From the IMG/VR virus record IMGVR_UViG_3300025520_000094: a DNA stretch of 35,200 nt. One strand, written 5' to 3'. Below, in pieces: positions 17,384 through 26,594 of the stretch. The notes under the pieces were generated by a model. That model saw only the letters and a program-made list of their open reading frames with translations. It was not told the DNA's origin and did not search any database. Source of the DNA: a virus (taxonomy: Duplodnaviria > Caudoviricetes). Made by a program: the position numbers and the translations under genes. How positions within the stretch are numbered: position 1 is the stretch's first letter; each line of letters opens with the position of its first letter.

Positions 17384-19716
17384 TAAGCCTCCTCGCCGGA
17401 ACGGATGAACACTCGTTGCGGACCATATAGCGGCAGGTTCTTCTTACCGGTTTTGTTGCCGGTGAACTTCACCCAGCCCCCGATTTTATTGAGAATCTCC
17501 TCGATCTCGTAAGAATCGCCCTTCTTGAGAGCTTCGCGGTTCTTGCCGAAGCACTCGCACCAGATCTCCATAATACAGACCTGCTCCCGGCGCAGAGTCC
17601 CCGTGCGGCTTTCACCACCGAACTCGCTGCCGTCAAGAAAGTTGCGGCGGGCATATAAGTCCAGCTTGTCCCACCCGTCGGGCAAGAGGGTGTCGAGATA
17701 TTCGGCCACCAGGCCTTCCCGGTCATCTCCCTCCATAGCGTCGCGCTGTTGTGTAATGGCTTCCTCCGCGAGGCTGCCTTTGAGAAACAGTTCCTCTCCC
17801 TCGTTGTAGCGCTCGATCGCTTCAGCCCATACTTGGTCAACCTCTGTCAGCTCCCATGCCTGGTATTTGCCCTGACCTACAACTCGCACTGGCCAGAACC
17901 GGCGGTTTCCCGTGATATCGCGCAGGAAGCCGCCGTCGCTGTTGGTGGTGCCAACAATGATGCAGGAGCGGGGGTGGCTCTCCACAACAACACCGTAGGA
18001 CTGCCGGTACTTGTCATCGGTACGCGTTATGAAGGATTTCACCGTCTCCACGTCTACCTTTTTGATGCCTGCCAGTTCGCCAAGCTCCAGTATCCAATAC
18101 CCCTGCAGCTTCTCCGGCGCGGTCTTGTCTTTCATGTCCGAGATGGCGAGGGAGTCAGAATACCACTGGCCGCCCAGCCGGGCAAAGAGTGTGGACTTGC
18201 CGATGCCCTGGGCACCGTTTAGCACGAGGATGGAGTCAAACTTCACTCCCGGCTGGTAGATACGCGCCACCGCCGCCACCAGTGTCTTGCGGGTAACAGC
18301 CCGCACATAAGGTGTATCTTCAGCGCCAAGATAGTCGATGAGTAGAGTATCTAGTCGTTCTATACCATCCCATGACAGCCCGCCGAGGTACTCCTTAACC
18401 GGGTGGTAGAGGCGCTCGACAGAAACAACCCCAAGCAACGCATCTTTGAACTTGGTCGGCGACCAGATGCCATAGGTGCGCTCGAAGTATAGCTTCGCGC
18501 AGGCCAGGTCAGTATCGCTCCAGCCGGGCTTAACCTGTGGCCAGGGGAGCTCCCCGATAACATCGATCATGTTCTTAAACTGGTTAAAGACGATAGGCTG
18601 CAGATTTGGGTCAAAGCGCATGATGGTGGAGATATTGGTGAGTGTGTCTTTCACCTCACCTGTCTTGTCTAGCTCAAGCTGACTCTGCCAGTTGTCCTCA
18701 TTGGTGAAGTCCGCTTCAGCCTGCGCCCGGCGTTCCTCGGCTAGTTTCGCCCTGACCTGCTCATCTTTAACTGCAAAGTCCGACATGGCTTTGAATGACG
18801 CCTTCTCGTCGAGGTCACTGAACTTATGCAGGCGCACTAGGTCAAAAGCGTTGAGCAGCTTGCCACAGACCGGGTCGGTGGCGTGATGGCTATAGGCAAA
18901 CTTGCCGTCGTAGATAACTACACCTGCGGAACTGTCGGCGGGGATGTAATCGTAGCGGCCTGCCATAGCGGAAGGTTCGTACACTCCTGAGAGAAAAGCT
19001 TCAATGGCCGCCTCAATGGAGTAGGCCTTGCAGAACGCTCCCACAACACCATCTTTAGCAAGGGGGTCCTGTTGCTGTTTTAGTCGGCGCTCCAGTACCT
19101 CAGACTGCCGTTTTGATGTGGGCCACATGGCTGTATCCCGCCAGTCTGCATATTTGGAGAGGTACACGTCGGGGTCGAGCAGCTCGCCGTCTTTCTCGTG
19201 GAACACGTACTCTCCGTCAGAGGAGGTGGATGGCCAGTACATCAGCCGCGAGGGCTCATACGTTGTGTCATCGAACAGGTCAATGCCTATTTCCTTGGCC
19301 ACCATTCGTCCCAGAGCTGGGTACTCATCCTCGCTTACCTCACGGGCCAGGGGGACAACCAACCGCAGGCGCGGCGCTTCCGGCGTGCTTTTGTGGGTGG
19401 AATAGGCGCAGCAGGTCCAGTCGTAGAGAGCCTCTATCTGCTCCCAAATGTCAGGGGTGGCATAGTCCATGTCCAATGTAAGCATGGACCGGCAAAGGAC
19501 ATACCCATTGCCCCGCTTGCCCTCCCGCAGTGCACCCCCCACAAAGCCGCCGATGTCCTTAATACTGTCCTGCTGCGCTTTGCTCATTTTGCGATACTCG
19601 GACACTGTCTCAGTGGTACGCTTCGTCGTGCGAACGGCGTTCTTGAAATCTGCCCAGGAAATGTCCTTGTTCTTCCACCGCTTGTCCATGCGGCTGTTAC
19701 CGACGGCTATCTTCAT
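17383..19716 (-). CDS. Primase-polymerase/helicase, virulence-associated E (VirE) family
   Basis: N-terminal LTLDMD, STHKS, PRLRL; C-terminal GAQGIGKS, ELGEL, GTTN, TGNRRFWP; start ATG 19716. Confidence 0.92.
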   Translation of the reverse strand: MKIAVGNSRMDKRWKNKDISWADFKNAVRTTKRTTETVSEYRKMSKAQQDSIKDIGGFVGGALREGKRGNGYVLCRSMLTLDMDYATPDIWEQIEALYDWTCCAYSTHKSTPEAPRLRLVVPLAREVSEDEYPALGRMVAKEIGIDLFDDTTYEPSRLMYWPSTSSDGEYVFHEKDGELLDPDVYLSKYADWRDTAMWPTSKRQSEVLERRLKQQQDPLAKDGVVGAFCKAYSIEAAIEAFLSGVYEPSAMAGRYDYIPADSSAGVVIYDGKFAYSHHATDPVCGKLLNAFDLVRLHKFSDLDEKASFKAMSDFAVKDEQVRAKLAEERRAQAEADFTNEDNWQSQLELDKTGEVKDTLTNISTIMRFDPNLQPIVFNQFKNMIDVIGELPWPQVKPGWSDTDLACAKLYFERTYGIWSPTKFKDALLGVVSVERLYHPVKEYLGGLSWDGIERLDTLLIDYLGAEDTPYVRAVTRKTLVAAVARIYQPGVKFDSILVLNGAQGIGKSTLFARLGGQWYSDSLAISDMKDKTAPEKLQGYWILELGELAGIKKVDVETVKSFITRTDDKYRQSYGVVVESHPRSCIIVGTTNSDGGFLRDITGNRRFWPVRVVGQGKYQAWELTEVDQVWAEAIERYNEGEELFLKGSLAEEAITQQRDAMEGDDREGLVAEYLDTLLPDGWDKLDLYARRNFLDGSEFGGESRTGTLRREQVCIMEIWCECFGKNREALKKGDSYEIEEILNKIGGWVKFTGNKTGKKNLPLYGPQRVFIRSGEEA

Positions 19717-20137
19717 CCCGCGCAACCTCCTTGCATCTCTCAGTGAAGTACCGGACCGGAATCCCCAGGCTCTCGGCCTTGGAGATCTCCTGCGCCATCC
19801 CAGATGAAATCTTGCCGCCAAACACCCACAGAGCGTCGCACTTTGTCAGGAGAACCAGCGCACAGGATAACCCGAGTTCACGGCTCTCTTTATCTTCCTC
19901 GTCCAGAAACTGTGGGAAGTGGAGGTGCGGTGCGAGGGGAACGCACCCCTCGCTGATCGCAAACCGGCAGTAACCGCGGGCACGGCTAATGTTATAGTCA
20001 GTGTCGCCAGCAAAAGGCGAGCAAATGTAGACCAGCGAGCGACGCTCTTTTGCTTTAGCCTTTTCCTCAGATACCACTCTTGCTAGAGCTTTTGCGGCAG
20101 TGGGCTCGGGGTAGCCTTTGCTGTTACGCCAGTCCAT
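19697..20137 (-). CDS. DUF4406-like (nucleoside deoxyribosyltransferase-like fold) protein
   Basis: VYICSPFAGD, PLAPHL, CDALWVFG, SSGMAQEI. Confidence 0.75.
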   Translation of the reverse strand: MDWRNSKGYPEPTAAKALARVVSEEKAKAKERRSLVYICSPFAGDTDYNISRARGYCRFAISEGCVPLAPHLHFPQFLDEEDKESRELGLSCALVLLTKCDALWVFGGKISSGMAQEISKAESLGIPVRYFTERCKEVARDEDSRR

Positions 20138-20906
20138 GGCCGTTCTTCTTTGCGCCCAGAAAGTAGTTGATAAAGTACTGCTGCCCTTTGCCCGTCACCT
20201 TTGTCGTCTTAGAAATGGTGACATGACCATCGGAATGAGTAATGGCCGTTTCCTTGACCTTAAACAGCCCAAGCTCCATAGCCTTCTGTGTCGGGGCATT
20301 GTAATCGGTACCCTTCCGCTTAATTAAAAAGCCGTCCTGTCGGAGCCTTTCAAACAAGCGGTTCTGACCGATGTCGACACCGTTGCCCTTGAGGATTTTG
20401 GCCAGCTCACCGATGAGGATGGTCCCTTCAGAAACCGATACGGCATCAGCAAAGATTACCTTTGGTTTGTTCTCTGCTGCCTGAACCTGGAGCTGCTCTT
20501 TTGCCTGGCGTTCCGCCTTGAGAGTGGTTAAGAGCATAATCCAGGAGTCGGGGTCATTCATGATTTCTTCCAGTTTGGAGGTTGTGACGTAAGCACCATG
20601 CTTTCGGATTTGCGGCAGAACTTCGTGGGTGACCCAGCGTTTGAACTTCTTGGCTTCGGGCTTGCGGGAGAGCAGGATAACATTATAGAGCCCGCTCTCG
20701 CTAATCACTGTCAGTTCCTGTTTGCCGCCAAGGGTGTCAACAATACTTACATCCTTCTCGTCCTCGTCCAAGCGGTCAGCTACCATGCGACTGTTACTGA
20801 GTTCCAGCACATCACATACATCCTTTAACACCCACCAGGGCTCGCCGTTCCTCTGAATAGTTCTGATCTCGTTCCCCTCGTAGGAGAATGCCTGTAGTTC
20901 GTTCAT
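20124..20906 (-). CDS. Phage antirepressor, Bro-N plus KilAC/ANT domains
   Basis: PWWVLKDVC, ISESGLY, FKRWVTHEVLP; IGELAKIL, GQNRLF, VTGKGQQYF. Confidence 0.93.
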   Translation of the reverse strand: MNELQAFSYEGNEIRTIQRNGEPWWVLKDVCDVLELSNSRMVADRLDEDEKDVSIVDTLGGKQELTVISESGLYNVILLSRKPEAKKFKRWVTHEVLPQIRKHGAYVTTSKLEEIMNDPDSWIMLLTTLKAERQAKEQLQVQAAENKPKVIFADAVSVSEGTILIGELAKILKGNGVDIGQNRLFERLRQDGFLIKRKGTDYNAPTQKAMELGLFKVKETAITHSDGHVTISKTTKVTGKGQQYFINYFLGAKKNGHGLA

Positions 20907-20941
20907 GTGGCTCGTCCTTTCCGAAGGCTCAGTTTGCTGTG

Positions 20942-20984
20942 GCCTTCACTATACAGCCAGGGGGAAGGACGCATTCGGACGGTC
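20942..20984 (-). promoter_or_regulatory. Repeated GACCGTCCG...GTGAAGGC motif, copy 1
   Basis: Same bipartite motif at 25259-25300; lies upstream of the antirepressor RBS. Confidence 0.65.
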
Positions 20985-20999
20985 TGAAGAAAAAAGTCC

Positions 21000-22934
21000 T
21001 CAATCTTTTTTATAAAATGGGCACACGAAGCCTTCGGCACGAAGCAGCAGCCCCTCCGCCCAAGACGGGGTTTCGGCCATATGGCGGCAGACATCGTCTG
21101 GAGACACCTCCGGAGGCGCTTCTATAACCACCTCATCGTGAACGCTCATGACGATGGAAAACCCCGCTGCGTCAAGTCGCCGCATGGCATGGCAAAGGAT
21201 ATCCCGGGAAATTGCCTGCACAATGTTCTCCACGAACTTGGGGCCATAGCTTTCGATGCGCTCCCACTTCTTGCTGATGCCTACTCCCTCATAGGTAACC
21301 GCCTCACCGCCAAAGCGGTTCTGCCCGATCTTCGGTTTCACATAGGCCAGCCGCCTGCCGGAGGGCAGCACAATAAAGAGCATGCCGCTTCTGTACTCAA
21401 ACCGGATGCCGTGGGTTTGTGTGTTGGTTCGCTCATTGACCGCGGTCATCGCCGCCTTGTCAACATCCCACCAGAGCCTCACGATTTTGGGATTGGCGCT
21501 TCTCCACGCATTCACCAGCGGTTGCAGCTCATGCTCGGCTAACCCCATCTCCAGGGCGCCCATAGCTTTCAGAGCTCCGACTGAGCCGCCATAGCCAAGC
21601 GCCAACTCCGCGATTTTACCTTTTTGCCTGAGCGGGCTTCCCTTGGTTATTTCCTCAATAGGGACTTGGAACATCTGGCTTGCCGACGCCTCATAAATCT
21701 TGCCGTGAGTGGCAAACACCTCGTTACGCCATGTCTCGCCCGCCAGCCATGCGATAACGCGGGCTTCAATGGCAGAGAAGTCGGCTACGATGAACTTATA
21801 GCCTGGCCGGGGCACAAATGCTGTCCGTATAAGCTCCGACAGAACAAGGGGAACGGAATCATAGAGCGCATCTAGCATCTCGAAACTGCCGCTTTTTACA
21901 AGGTTTCGAGCCTCGGCCAAATCCGGCAGATGGTTCTGGGGCAGGTTTTGCACTTGAATCAGCCTGCCAGCCCAGCGCCCGGTTCGGTTCGCGCCATAGA
22001 ACTGCAAGAGCCCCCTGGCCCGGCCATCGTTACCGACAACGTTGCCCATTGTCGTGTATTTCTTCACACTGCTCTTAGCGAGTGACTGCCGCAGCTCCAA
22101 CACTTGCTTGAGGTCATGTGGCGCAGATTTGAGCATCTCCTTGACTGCCGCTTTGTCCAGGGTATCGGTTTCCATCCCGTGCTCCGCAAGCCATGCCTTC
22201 ATCTGAGCAATCGAGTTGGGGTTGTCCAGCGTAGTTAGCTTCATCATCTGCTTGGTTAGCTCAGCCCGCGACCGCTCATCAAAGCGGATTGCTTGTGCGA
22301 CCAGATCCAAGTCCAGCTGGATGCCCCGGTCGTTGATATACTGGTCGAGAATGTAGGTTAGCCACTCGTCCTCCGGTACGGGGAACTTATGGAGCCGTGC
22401 CTGAATTGCCTGTTCTGTCTCCACGTCGCGGACGTTGTAAGCTCTAAACTGCTCCCATTTGTCCGGCGCATCGGAGGGAAGGTTGCGTGTCCGGCCACCG
22501 TTTGCCTTCGTGGGTTTACAGGGGACGGAGAAATATCTGATGAGGTCTTTACCTTCCTTGAGCTTCTGCTTCTCCAGCCCCAGCACTGCGCCCGTACCCT
22601 CCAAAGATAGCGGAAGGCCCAGATACGCCGCCCACACCATGGTGCAGCGCCATGATTCGGGCCTGAGCCAGTGGCCTAAATATCTTGACAGGCAGACCCG
22701 CTCAAACTGCGCGTTAAAGGCCCACTTAGTTACGCTTTCATCTACCAGAGCCTTCTCTATTTCACGGGGCAGTTTTTCTCCGCCCACTATGTCGACTACA
22801 TGCACATTGCCTCCATCAGCGGAGTAGCTGAACAGCAGAATCTCAAAATTGGGGGATTCGGCGTACTTGTAGACGCCGCACTTCGACAGGTCACGGTCGC
22901 TAAATGTTTCAATATCCACACTGAGATGTTTCAT
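21000..22934 (-). CDS. Phage DNA polymerase, family A
   Basis: Exonuclease DIET, FNAQFE, YNVRDV; polymerase RTGRW, DFSAIEAR, KIAELALGYGG, VHDE; start ATG 22934. Confidence 0.95.
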   Translation of the reverse strand: MKHLSVDIETFSDRDLSKCGVYKYAESPNFEILLFSYSADGGNVHVVDIVGGEKLPREIEKALVDESVTKWAFNAQFERVCLSRYLGHWLRPESWRCTMVWAAYLGLPLSLEGTGAVLGLEKQKLKEGKDLIRYFSVPCKPTKANGGRTRNLPSDAPDKWEQFRAYNVRDVETEQAIQARLHKFPVPEDEWLTYILDQYINDRGIQLDLDLVAQAIRFDERSRAELTKQMMKLTTLDNPNSIAQMKAWLAEHGMETDTLDKAAVKEMLKSAPHDLKQVLELRQSLAKSSVKKYTTMGNVVGNDGRARGLLQFYGANRTGRWAGRLIQVQNLPQNHLPDLAEARNLVKSGSFEMLDALYDSVPLVLSELIRTAFVPRPGYKFIVADFSAIEARVIAWLAGETWRNEVFATHGKIYEASASQMFQVPIEEITKGSPLRQKGKIAELALGYGGSVGALKAMGALEMGLAEHELQPLVNAWRSANPKIVRLWWDVDKAAMTAVNERTNTQTHGIRFEYRSGMLFIVLPSGRRLAYVKPKIGQNRFGGEAVTYEGVGISKKWERIESYGPKFVENIVQAISRDILCHAMRRLDAAGFSIVMSVHDEVVIEAPPEVSPDDVCRHMAETPSWAEGLLLRAEGFVCPFYKKD

Positions 22935-22948
22935 AAACCCTCCATATC

Positions 22949-22984
22949 TGAGCAGGGCGGCAAGTTTTCTCGCCGCCCTGCTCA
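22949..22984. other. Strong GC-rich intergenic hairpin
   Basis: TGAGCAGGGCGGC / GCCGCCCTGCTCA perfect 13-bp inverted repeat between SSB and polymerase, no U tract. Confidence 0.7.
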
Positions 22985-22996
22985 CCGTATATGTCA

Positions 22997-23578
22997 TTAG
23001 CCGAGGAAGTCGTCTCCATCGCTGTCAGTTGTGAAGTCATCCGCTGCGCTGGCCCGGCCGCCCAACGGCTCACCGTCACGGACTTTCTGGATGTTACCCA
23101 GTCCGCAGGCAACACCGCGGTTGCCGTTAGAGTTAAACGCATAGAAGTTCACGCTTACTCTCGCATAGACCCCGGAGTAGACCTCAGAACGGCTCATGAT
23201 GGGGTTCAGGGACTTGTCCACGATCTCTGGCGCAGAGTTGCTGTTGGCGTTCACGAAGTAGCTGTCGGCATAGGCCTCATCGTCCGGGCGGTCAATATCG
23301 CCGTCCCGCAGCGGCAGTTTCAAGGCGGACTTGCTCGGGATCTTGCCCCCAAACTTGCCGCGCCCTTCCTCGATGGCGGCGTCTACAGCGGCGTTGATGG
23401 CCGCGAGGGTCTTGGTGTCGCTCTTGGGGATGATTAGGCTGACGCTGTACTTGGGCGTTCCGCCGTTGATGCTCTTGGGTTCGTGGACATTGGCATAACT
23501 GAGGCGGACGACCCCGGTGACCACCTTTGTGGGATTCTTGGCGGGACTCGGATTAATACGGGTTGCGTTGTTTGACAT
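22997..23578 (-). CDS. DUF2815-family single-stranded DNA-binding protein
   Basis: RLSYA, KYSVSLIIPK, PLRDGD, YSGVYAR, GLGNIQK; acidic tail ending DDFLG. Confidence 0.9.
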   Translation of the reverse strand: MSNNATRINPSPAKNPTKVVTGVVRLSYANVHEPKSINGGTPKYSVSLIIPKSDTKTLAAINAAVDAAIEEGRGKFGGKIPSKSALKLPLRDGDIDRPDDEAYADSYFVNANSNSAPEIVDKSLNPIMSRSEVYSGVYARVSVNFYAFNSNGNRGVACGLGNIQKVRDGEPLGGRASAADDFTTDSDGDDFLG

Positions 23579-23580
23579 GG

Positions 23581-24717
23581 TTACTTCTCCTCCTTAAATT
23601 CATCTATAGCAGATGTGTTGATTGCTTGACGCTTGTCCGATAGCGGGACCAGAGTTGGCTTACCAGGCGGCTTTTCAATTAGGCCGCCGAGTAAAGCCTG
23701 AAAGTTGTCTCTGCCCATAAGCCGCTCCATCTCGGTGAGTGTGATCAGGCTCTGGCGGTAGATATCACGGTAGCCTGCACCTCTTGCGGCTTCGGCCACT
23801 GCTTCCTCGTTAGCGTATTTGCGGTTGGAGCGTCCCTCCACCAGCTTGAAACCCGGCCACTCCTTGCCGTGCCTGACCGCTGCCTCCAGAGCATATGCCT
23901 TGATGTCGCTCGCCCAGGATATAAGGTCATCCAGTTTGGCGAGGATTTCTTCAATCTCTCCGTCCGAGAGTAGCGGTGGCAGTGCAAACTCAAACCGGGC
24001 AAGGCTAAGGTTGTCCTCCGCCCGCGCGCGGCACTTCACCGCCGCACGGCAGAACCGGCACCACTCGCCGGGGACGCACTCTCCCGAGCCTTCGAAGGCA
24101 AGGCTGGCAATGGGCTTGAGGACCTCGTCGGCCCACTGATAGAGGGACTCCTTGTCCATGGTAAAGGTACTGACATTCTCACGCCGTGGCTGATAGATGG
24201 TCATAGACACTGAGGTGATATCGTAGATGCCGTCGAAGAGCTCGAGGGCACCAAGGGCATATAGCATCATCTGCGGGTTGCTCTCTGCGCTGACCAAAAT
24301 ACCCTGACCATACTTGAAGTCCACGATGTGAAGCGTCCTATCGGAAATAATTACACAGTCGCCCGTGCCAAATCCGTCAGGTACGTACTTTGAGAAGTCC
24401 AGGCGTTGCTCTATAAGCACTACTGGGTCAGCGCAGTCCTGCTTTATCAGGGCGATCAGTTCCTGGATAAACTCCACATAGCCATCTGTGTAAACGTCCA
24501 TCTCGTCGGAATCGTACTTGGAGACGGGCTTTCTTGAGCGCCGTTTGAGGGCCTTACGCAGCTTGTGTTCTGCCAGTGCATGAGCGGATGTGCCTTCGGC
24601 GGCAGCTTCTCCGCTGTTGTCCTCAAACTCCCGCTCCAGCCGCGCTGACGGTGGACAGTTCATCCAGCGATGGGCACCTGAAGCCGAGAGCAGTGCATGC
24701 TGCTTCTCCGCACTCAT
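23581..24717 (-). CDS. DUF2800-family PD-(D/E)XK (Cas4-like) exonuclease
   Basis: HALLSAS, CPPS, GTGD, DFKYG, QMMLYALG, WCRFC...C. Confidence 0.9.
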   Translation of the reverse strand: MSAEKQHALLSASGAHRWMNCPPSARLEREFEDNSGEAAAEGTSAHALAEHKLRKALKRRSRKPVSKYDSDEMDVYTDGYVEFIQELIALIKQDCADPVVLIEQRLDFSKYVPDGFGTGDCVIISDRTLHIVDFKYGQGILVSAESNPQMMLYALGALELFDGIYDITSVSMTIYQPRRENVSTFTMDKESLYQWADEVLKPIASLAFEGSGECVPGEWCRFCRAAVKCRARAEDNLSLARFEFALPPLLSDGEIEEILAKLDDLISWASDIKAYALEAAVRHGKEWPGFKLVEGRSNRKYANEEAVAEAARGAGYRDIYRQSLITLTEMERLMGRDNFQALLGGLIEKPPGKPTLVPLSDKRQAINTSAIDEFKEEK

Positions 24718-25034
24718 TTCAGGGCCTCTGCATCGGCCAGCAGCGCCGCGTAGTTTGCCGGATCAATCTGACTAAGTTTCGGCGCACCGTACTTTTCTAA
24801 CAGTGACCTTACGTTTGCCGTGAACCCTAGCTGGCTCTTTTCGGCCAGTGCTGCCCGCACCTGCTCCAGCGTTACCGGCTTTGTCGCAGGCTTTGCTACC
24901 TGTGCCGTGGCTGTTTCCGGCAGGGCGCTTTCAACAGGCTCGTTTGCCGCCATTGCATCCGCAACCGCCTGTACACTATCTGCAAGGGAGCGCAGATTAT
25001 TGACTACATCATGCAGCAGCTTAATCTTGCTCAA
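24714..25034 (-). CDS. Conserved phage hypothetical protein
   Basis: TTG start behind AGGGGGTG; TLEQVRAALAEKS...KYGAPKLSQID pattern; coupled to DUF2800. Confidence 0.7.
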   Translation of the reverse strand: MSKIKLLHDVVNNLRSLADSVQAVADAMAANEPVESALPETATAQVAKPATKPVTLEQVRAALAEKSQLGFTANVRSLLEKYGAPKLSQIDPANYAALLADAEALK

Positions 25035-25221
25035 GCTTTTCACCCCCTTCCTCAACAATGGACAGCTCTTTCACGCTGTTGCCGGGGATAATCACCGTCA
25101 ATCTGCGCTGCTCGCCTAATAGAAGGCGCAGCAGCCTTTCCCGCAAGGTGACGTTGCGACAGCCGACAATCCCTCCGTCCTGGGGCTCCTTCGAAACACT
25201 GATTTTAAGCATGTGCTTCAT
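25021..25221 (-). CDS. Small conserved phage hypothetical protein
   Basis: MKHMLKISVSK...LTVIIPGNSV; downstream of repeated motif copy 2. Confidence 0.65.
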   Translation of the reverse strand: MKHMLKISVSKEPQDGGIVGCRNVTLRERLLRLLLGEQRRLTVIIPGNSVKELSIVEEGGEKLEQD

Positions 25222-25258
25222 GTGAGCCACCTTACCTTTCTGAAGGCTGATTTTGTGT

Positions 25259-25300
25259 GCCTTCACCCTATAGCACCTGCGGAGGGGAAAACGGACGGTC
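25259..25300 (-). promoter_or_regulatory. Repeated GACCGTCCG...GTGAAGGC motif, copy 2
   Basis: Begins at the stop codon of the sigma-like gene; matches 20942-20984. Confidence 0.65.
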
Positions 25301-25692
25301 TATAGGAGAGATTTTCTAAGTCTGGCTATGGCACGGTTCACTGCATGGCGGATGGCCGATTCATCTTTCCCCTCAAGGGCGGCGAGGTCAGTATAGGACC
25401 AGCCTTCTAACACGCGTTTACGAATTAGATCTTGCTGGCGTTCGGTCAGCTGCGACATGGCATGGCCGATTGTCTCGGAACTTATTAGTTCAGCAGGTAA
25501 GTCCGTACCATCAGAGAAGAAACGCGCGTCCTCGTAATTGAAGGTGCTGAGTTGCGTGTGTCGGTCGGGTCGGCTGTTGCGCCGGTCGTTGCTCTTTTCC
25601 GCTTTCACGGACTCCAGATAGAAGACTCCGACCTCCTCGGATACTTCCAGTTCGATGATTTTGCCGTCTGCGTCTCGGTAGCTAATTCTCAT
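25300..25692 (-). CDS. Sigma-70 region-4 (ECF-like) protein
   Basis: AMSQLTERQQDLI...EGWSYTDLAALEGKDESAIRHAVNRAIARLRK is a region-4 HTH pattern. Confidence 0.85.
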   Translation of the reverse strand: MRISYRDADGKIIELEVSEEVGVFYLESVKAEKSNDRRNSRPDRHTQLSTFNYEDARFFSDGTDLPAELISSETIGHAMSQLTERQQDLIRKRVLEGWSYTDLAALEGKDESAIRHAVNRAIARLRKSLL

Positions 25693-25854
25693 GCTTTTTG
25701 ACTCCTTTGGTTTTCAAATTTTGGCTTTGAAATCCGCAGGAGCCGCTTTTCATCCGCGAAAAGAAAAACGACAGGGCGATACCCTATAACGGGTATCCGC
25801 ACTGTCGTCTAGCGCTCTCGCGGATTTCTATTCGATTTTTGGGAGAGGTCTTAG

Positions 25855-26013
25855 TTAAACAGCAGATTTGATACGTTCATGGGTGATGTTCAATGTACCG
25901 TTAGGATTTGATGTGATTCGGGTTATACAGTCTTTCTTTCGTATTTCAATTGTTCTCGCGTCTGCACTCATGTCACACACTCGCTTTTTGTCAAGGTTTT
26001 GGACTTCATGCAT
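25855..26013 (-). CDS. 52-aa hypothetical protein (below ORF-track cutoff)
   Basis: GGAGG RBS then MHEVQNLDKKRVCDMSADARTIEIRKKDCITRITSNPNGTLNITHERIKSAV*. Confidence 0.7.
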   Translation of the reverse strand: MHEVQNLDKKRVCDMSADARTIEIRKKDCITRITSNPNGTLNITHERIKSAV

Positions 26014-26112
26014 ACTGGCATCCTCCATCCACGGGAGTACAAGATGTCGTAACCTCCATACCCATTGCTACTTCCTCCTTTTTTTACCGTATTTAAGTTA
26101 TTCCAAGTCCAT

Positions 26113-26145
26113 AAAAAGAGCTGCTATTGGTTTCCCAATAACAGC
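26113..26145 (-). terminator. Terminator/attenuator in early leader
   Basis: Minus strand GCTGTTATTGG-GAAA-CCAATAGCAGC then TCTTTTT. Confidence 0.7.
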
Positions 26146-26347
26146 ATACAGACTTTTGGAATACCCCTGGAGGAGCGGGAGTAGCTAACTCATAGTGTGT
26201 GAGTAGCGAATTATCATCAACTTTTGCAACATCGGCCATGAATATATTTGTATCAAGGAAAAATACGCGTTATTAGATGTAACCTTTAAGTTTAGTAGCA
26301 ATGTGCTATACTTATTACGTGAAAGTAATTCCATTGGAGGCGGTAAT

Positions 26348-26560
26348 ATGGCGTTCAGTTACAACAAGCTATGGAAGTTGCTGATCGACAAAAAAATGAT
26401 GAAGAAGGATTTGATGGCAGCGACTGATTTAACTACTACGACTATGGCGAAATTAGGCAAAGATCTTCCGGTTAGCATGGATGTTCTGGCACGTATATGC
26501 AAGGCACTTAAGTGCAATATCGGCGACATCGTCGATTACGTCGACGAGGACACCAAATAG
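26348..26560 (+). CDS. Xre/Cro-like HTH regulator
   Basis: SYNKLWKLLIDK...LARICKALKCNIGDI; GGAGG RBS; TGCTATACT extended -10 near 26304-26312. Confidence 0.9.
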   Translation: MAFSYNKLWKLLIDKKMMKKDLMAATDLTTTTMAKLGKDLPVSMDVLARICKALKCNIGDIVDYVDEDTK

Positions 26561-26594
26561 ACTAAAGTTTTGATTTGAGATGGAGGGGTTCGGT

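Noticed and set aside
17151-17426. 91-aa minus-strand ORF with VPIVP repeats
   Set aside because: Peptide repeats simply reflect the DNA repeat array of the putative origin; no RBS.
23581-24717. Cas4-like protein as evidence for CRISPR-Cas
   Set aside because: No repeat-spacer array or other cas genes; DUF2800 is a routine phage replication-module nuclease.
25868-26188. 106-aa plus-strand ORF
   Set aside because: Antisense to the 52-aa ORF and structured leader; no RBS.
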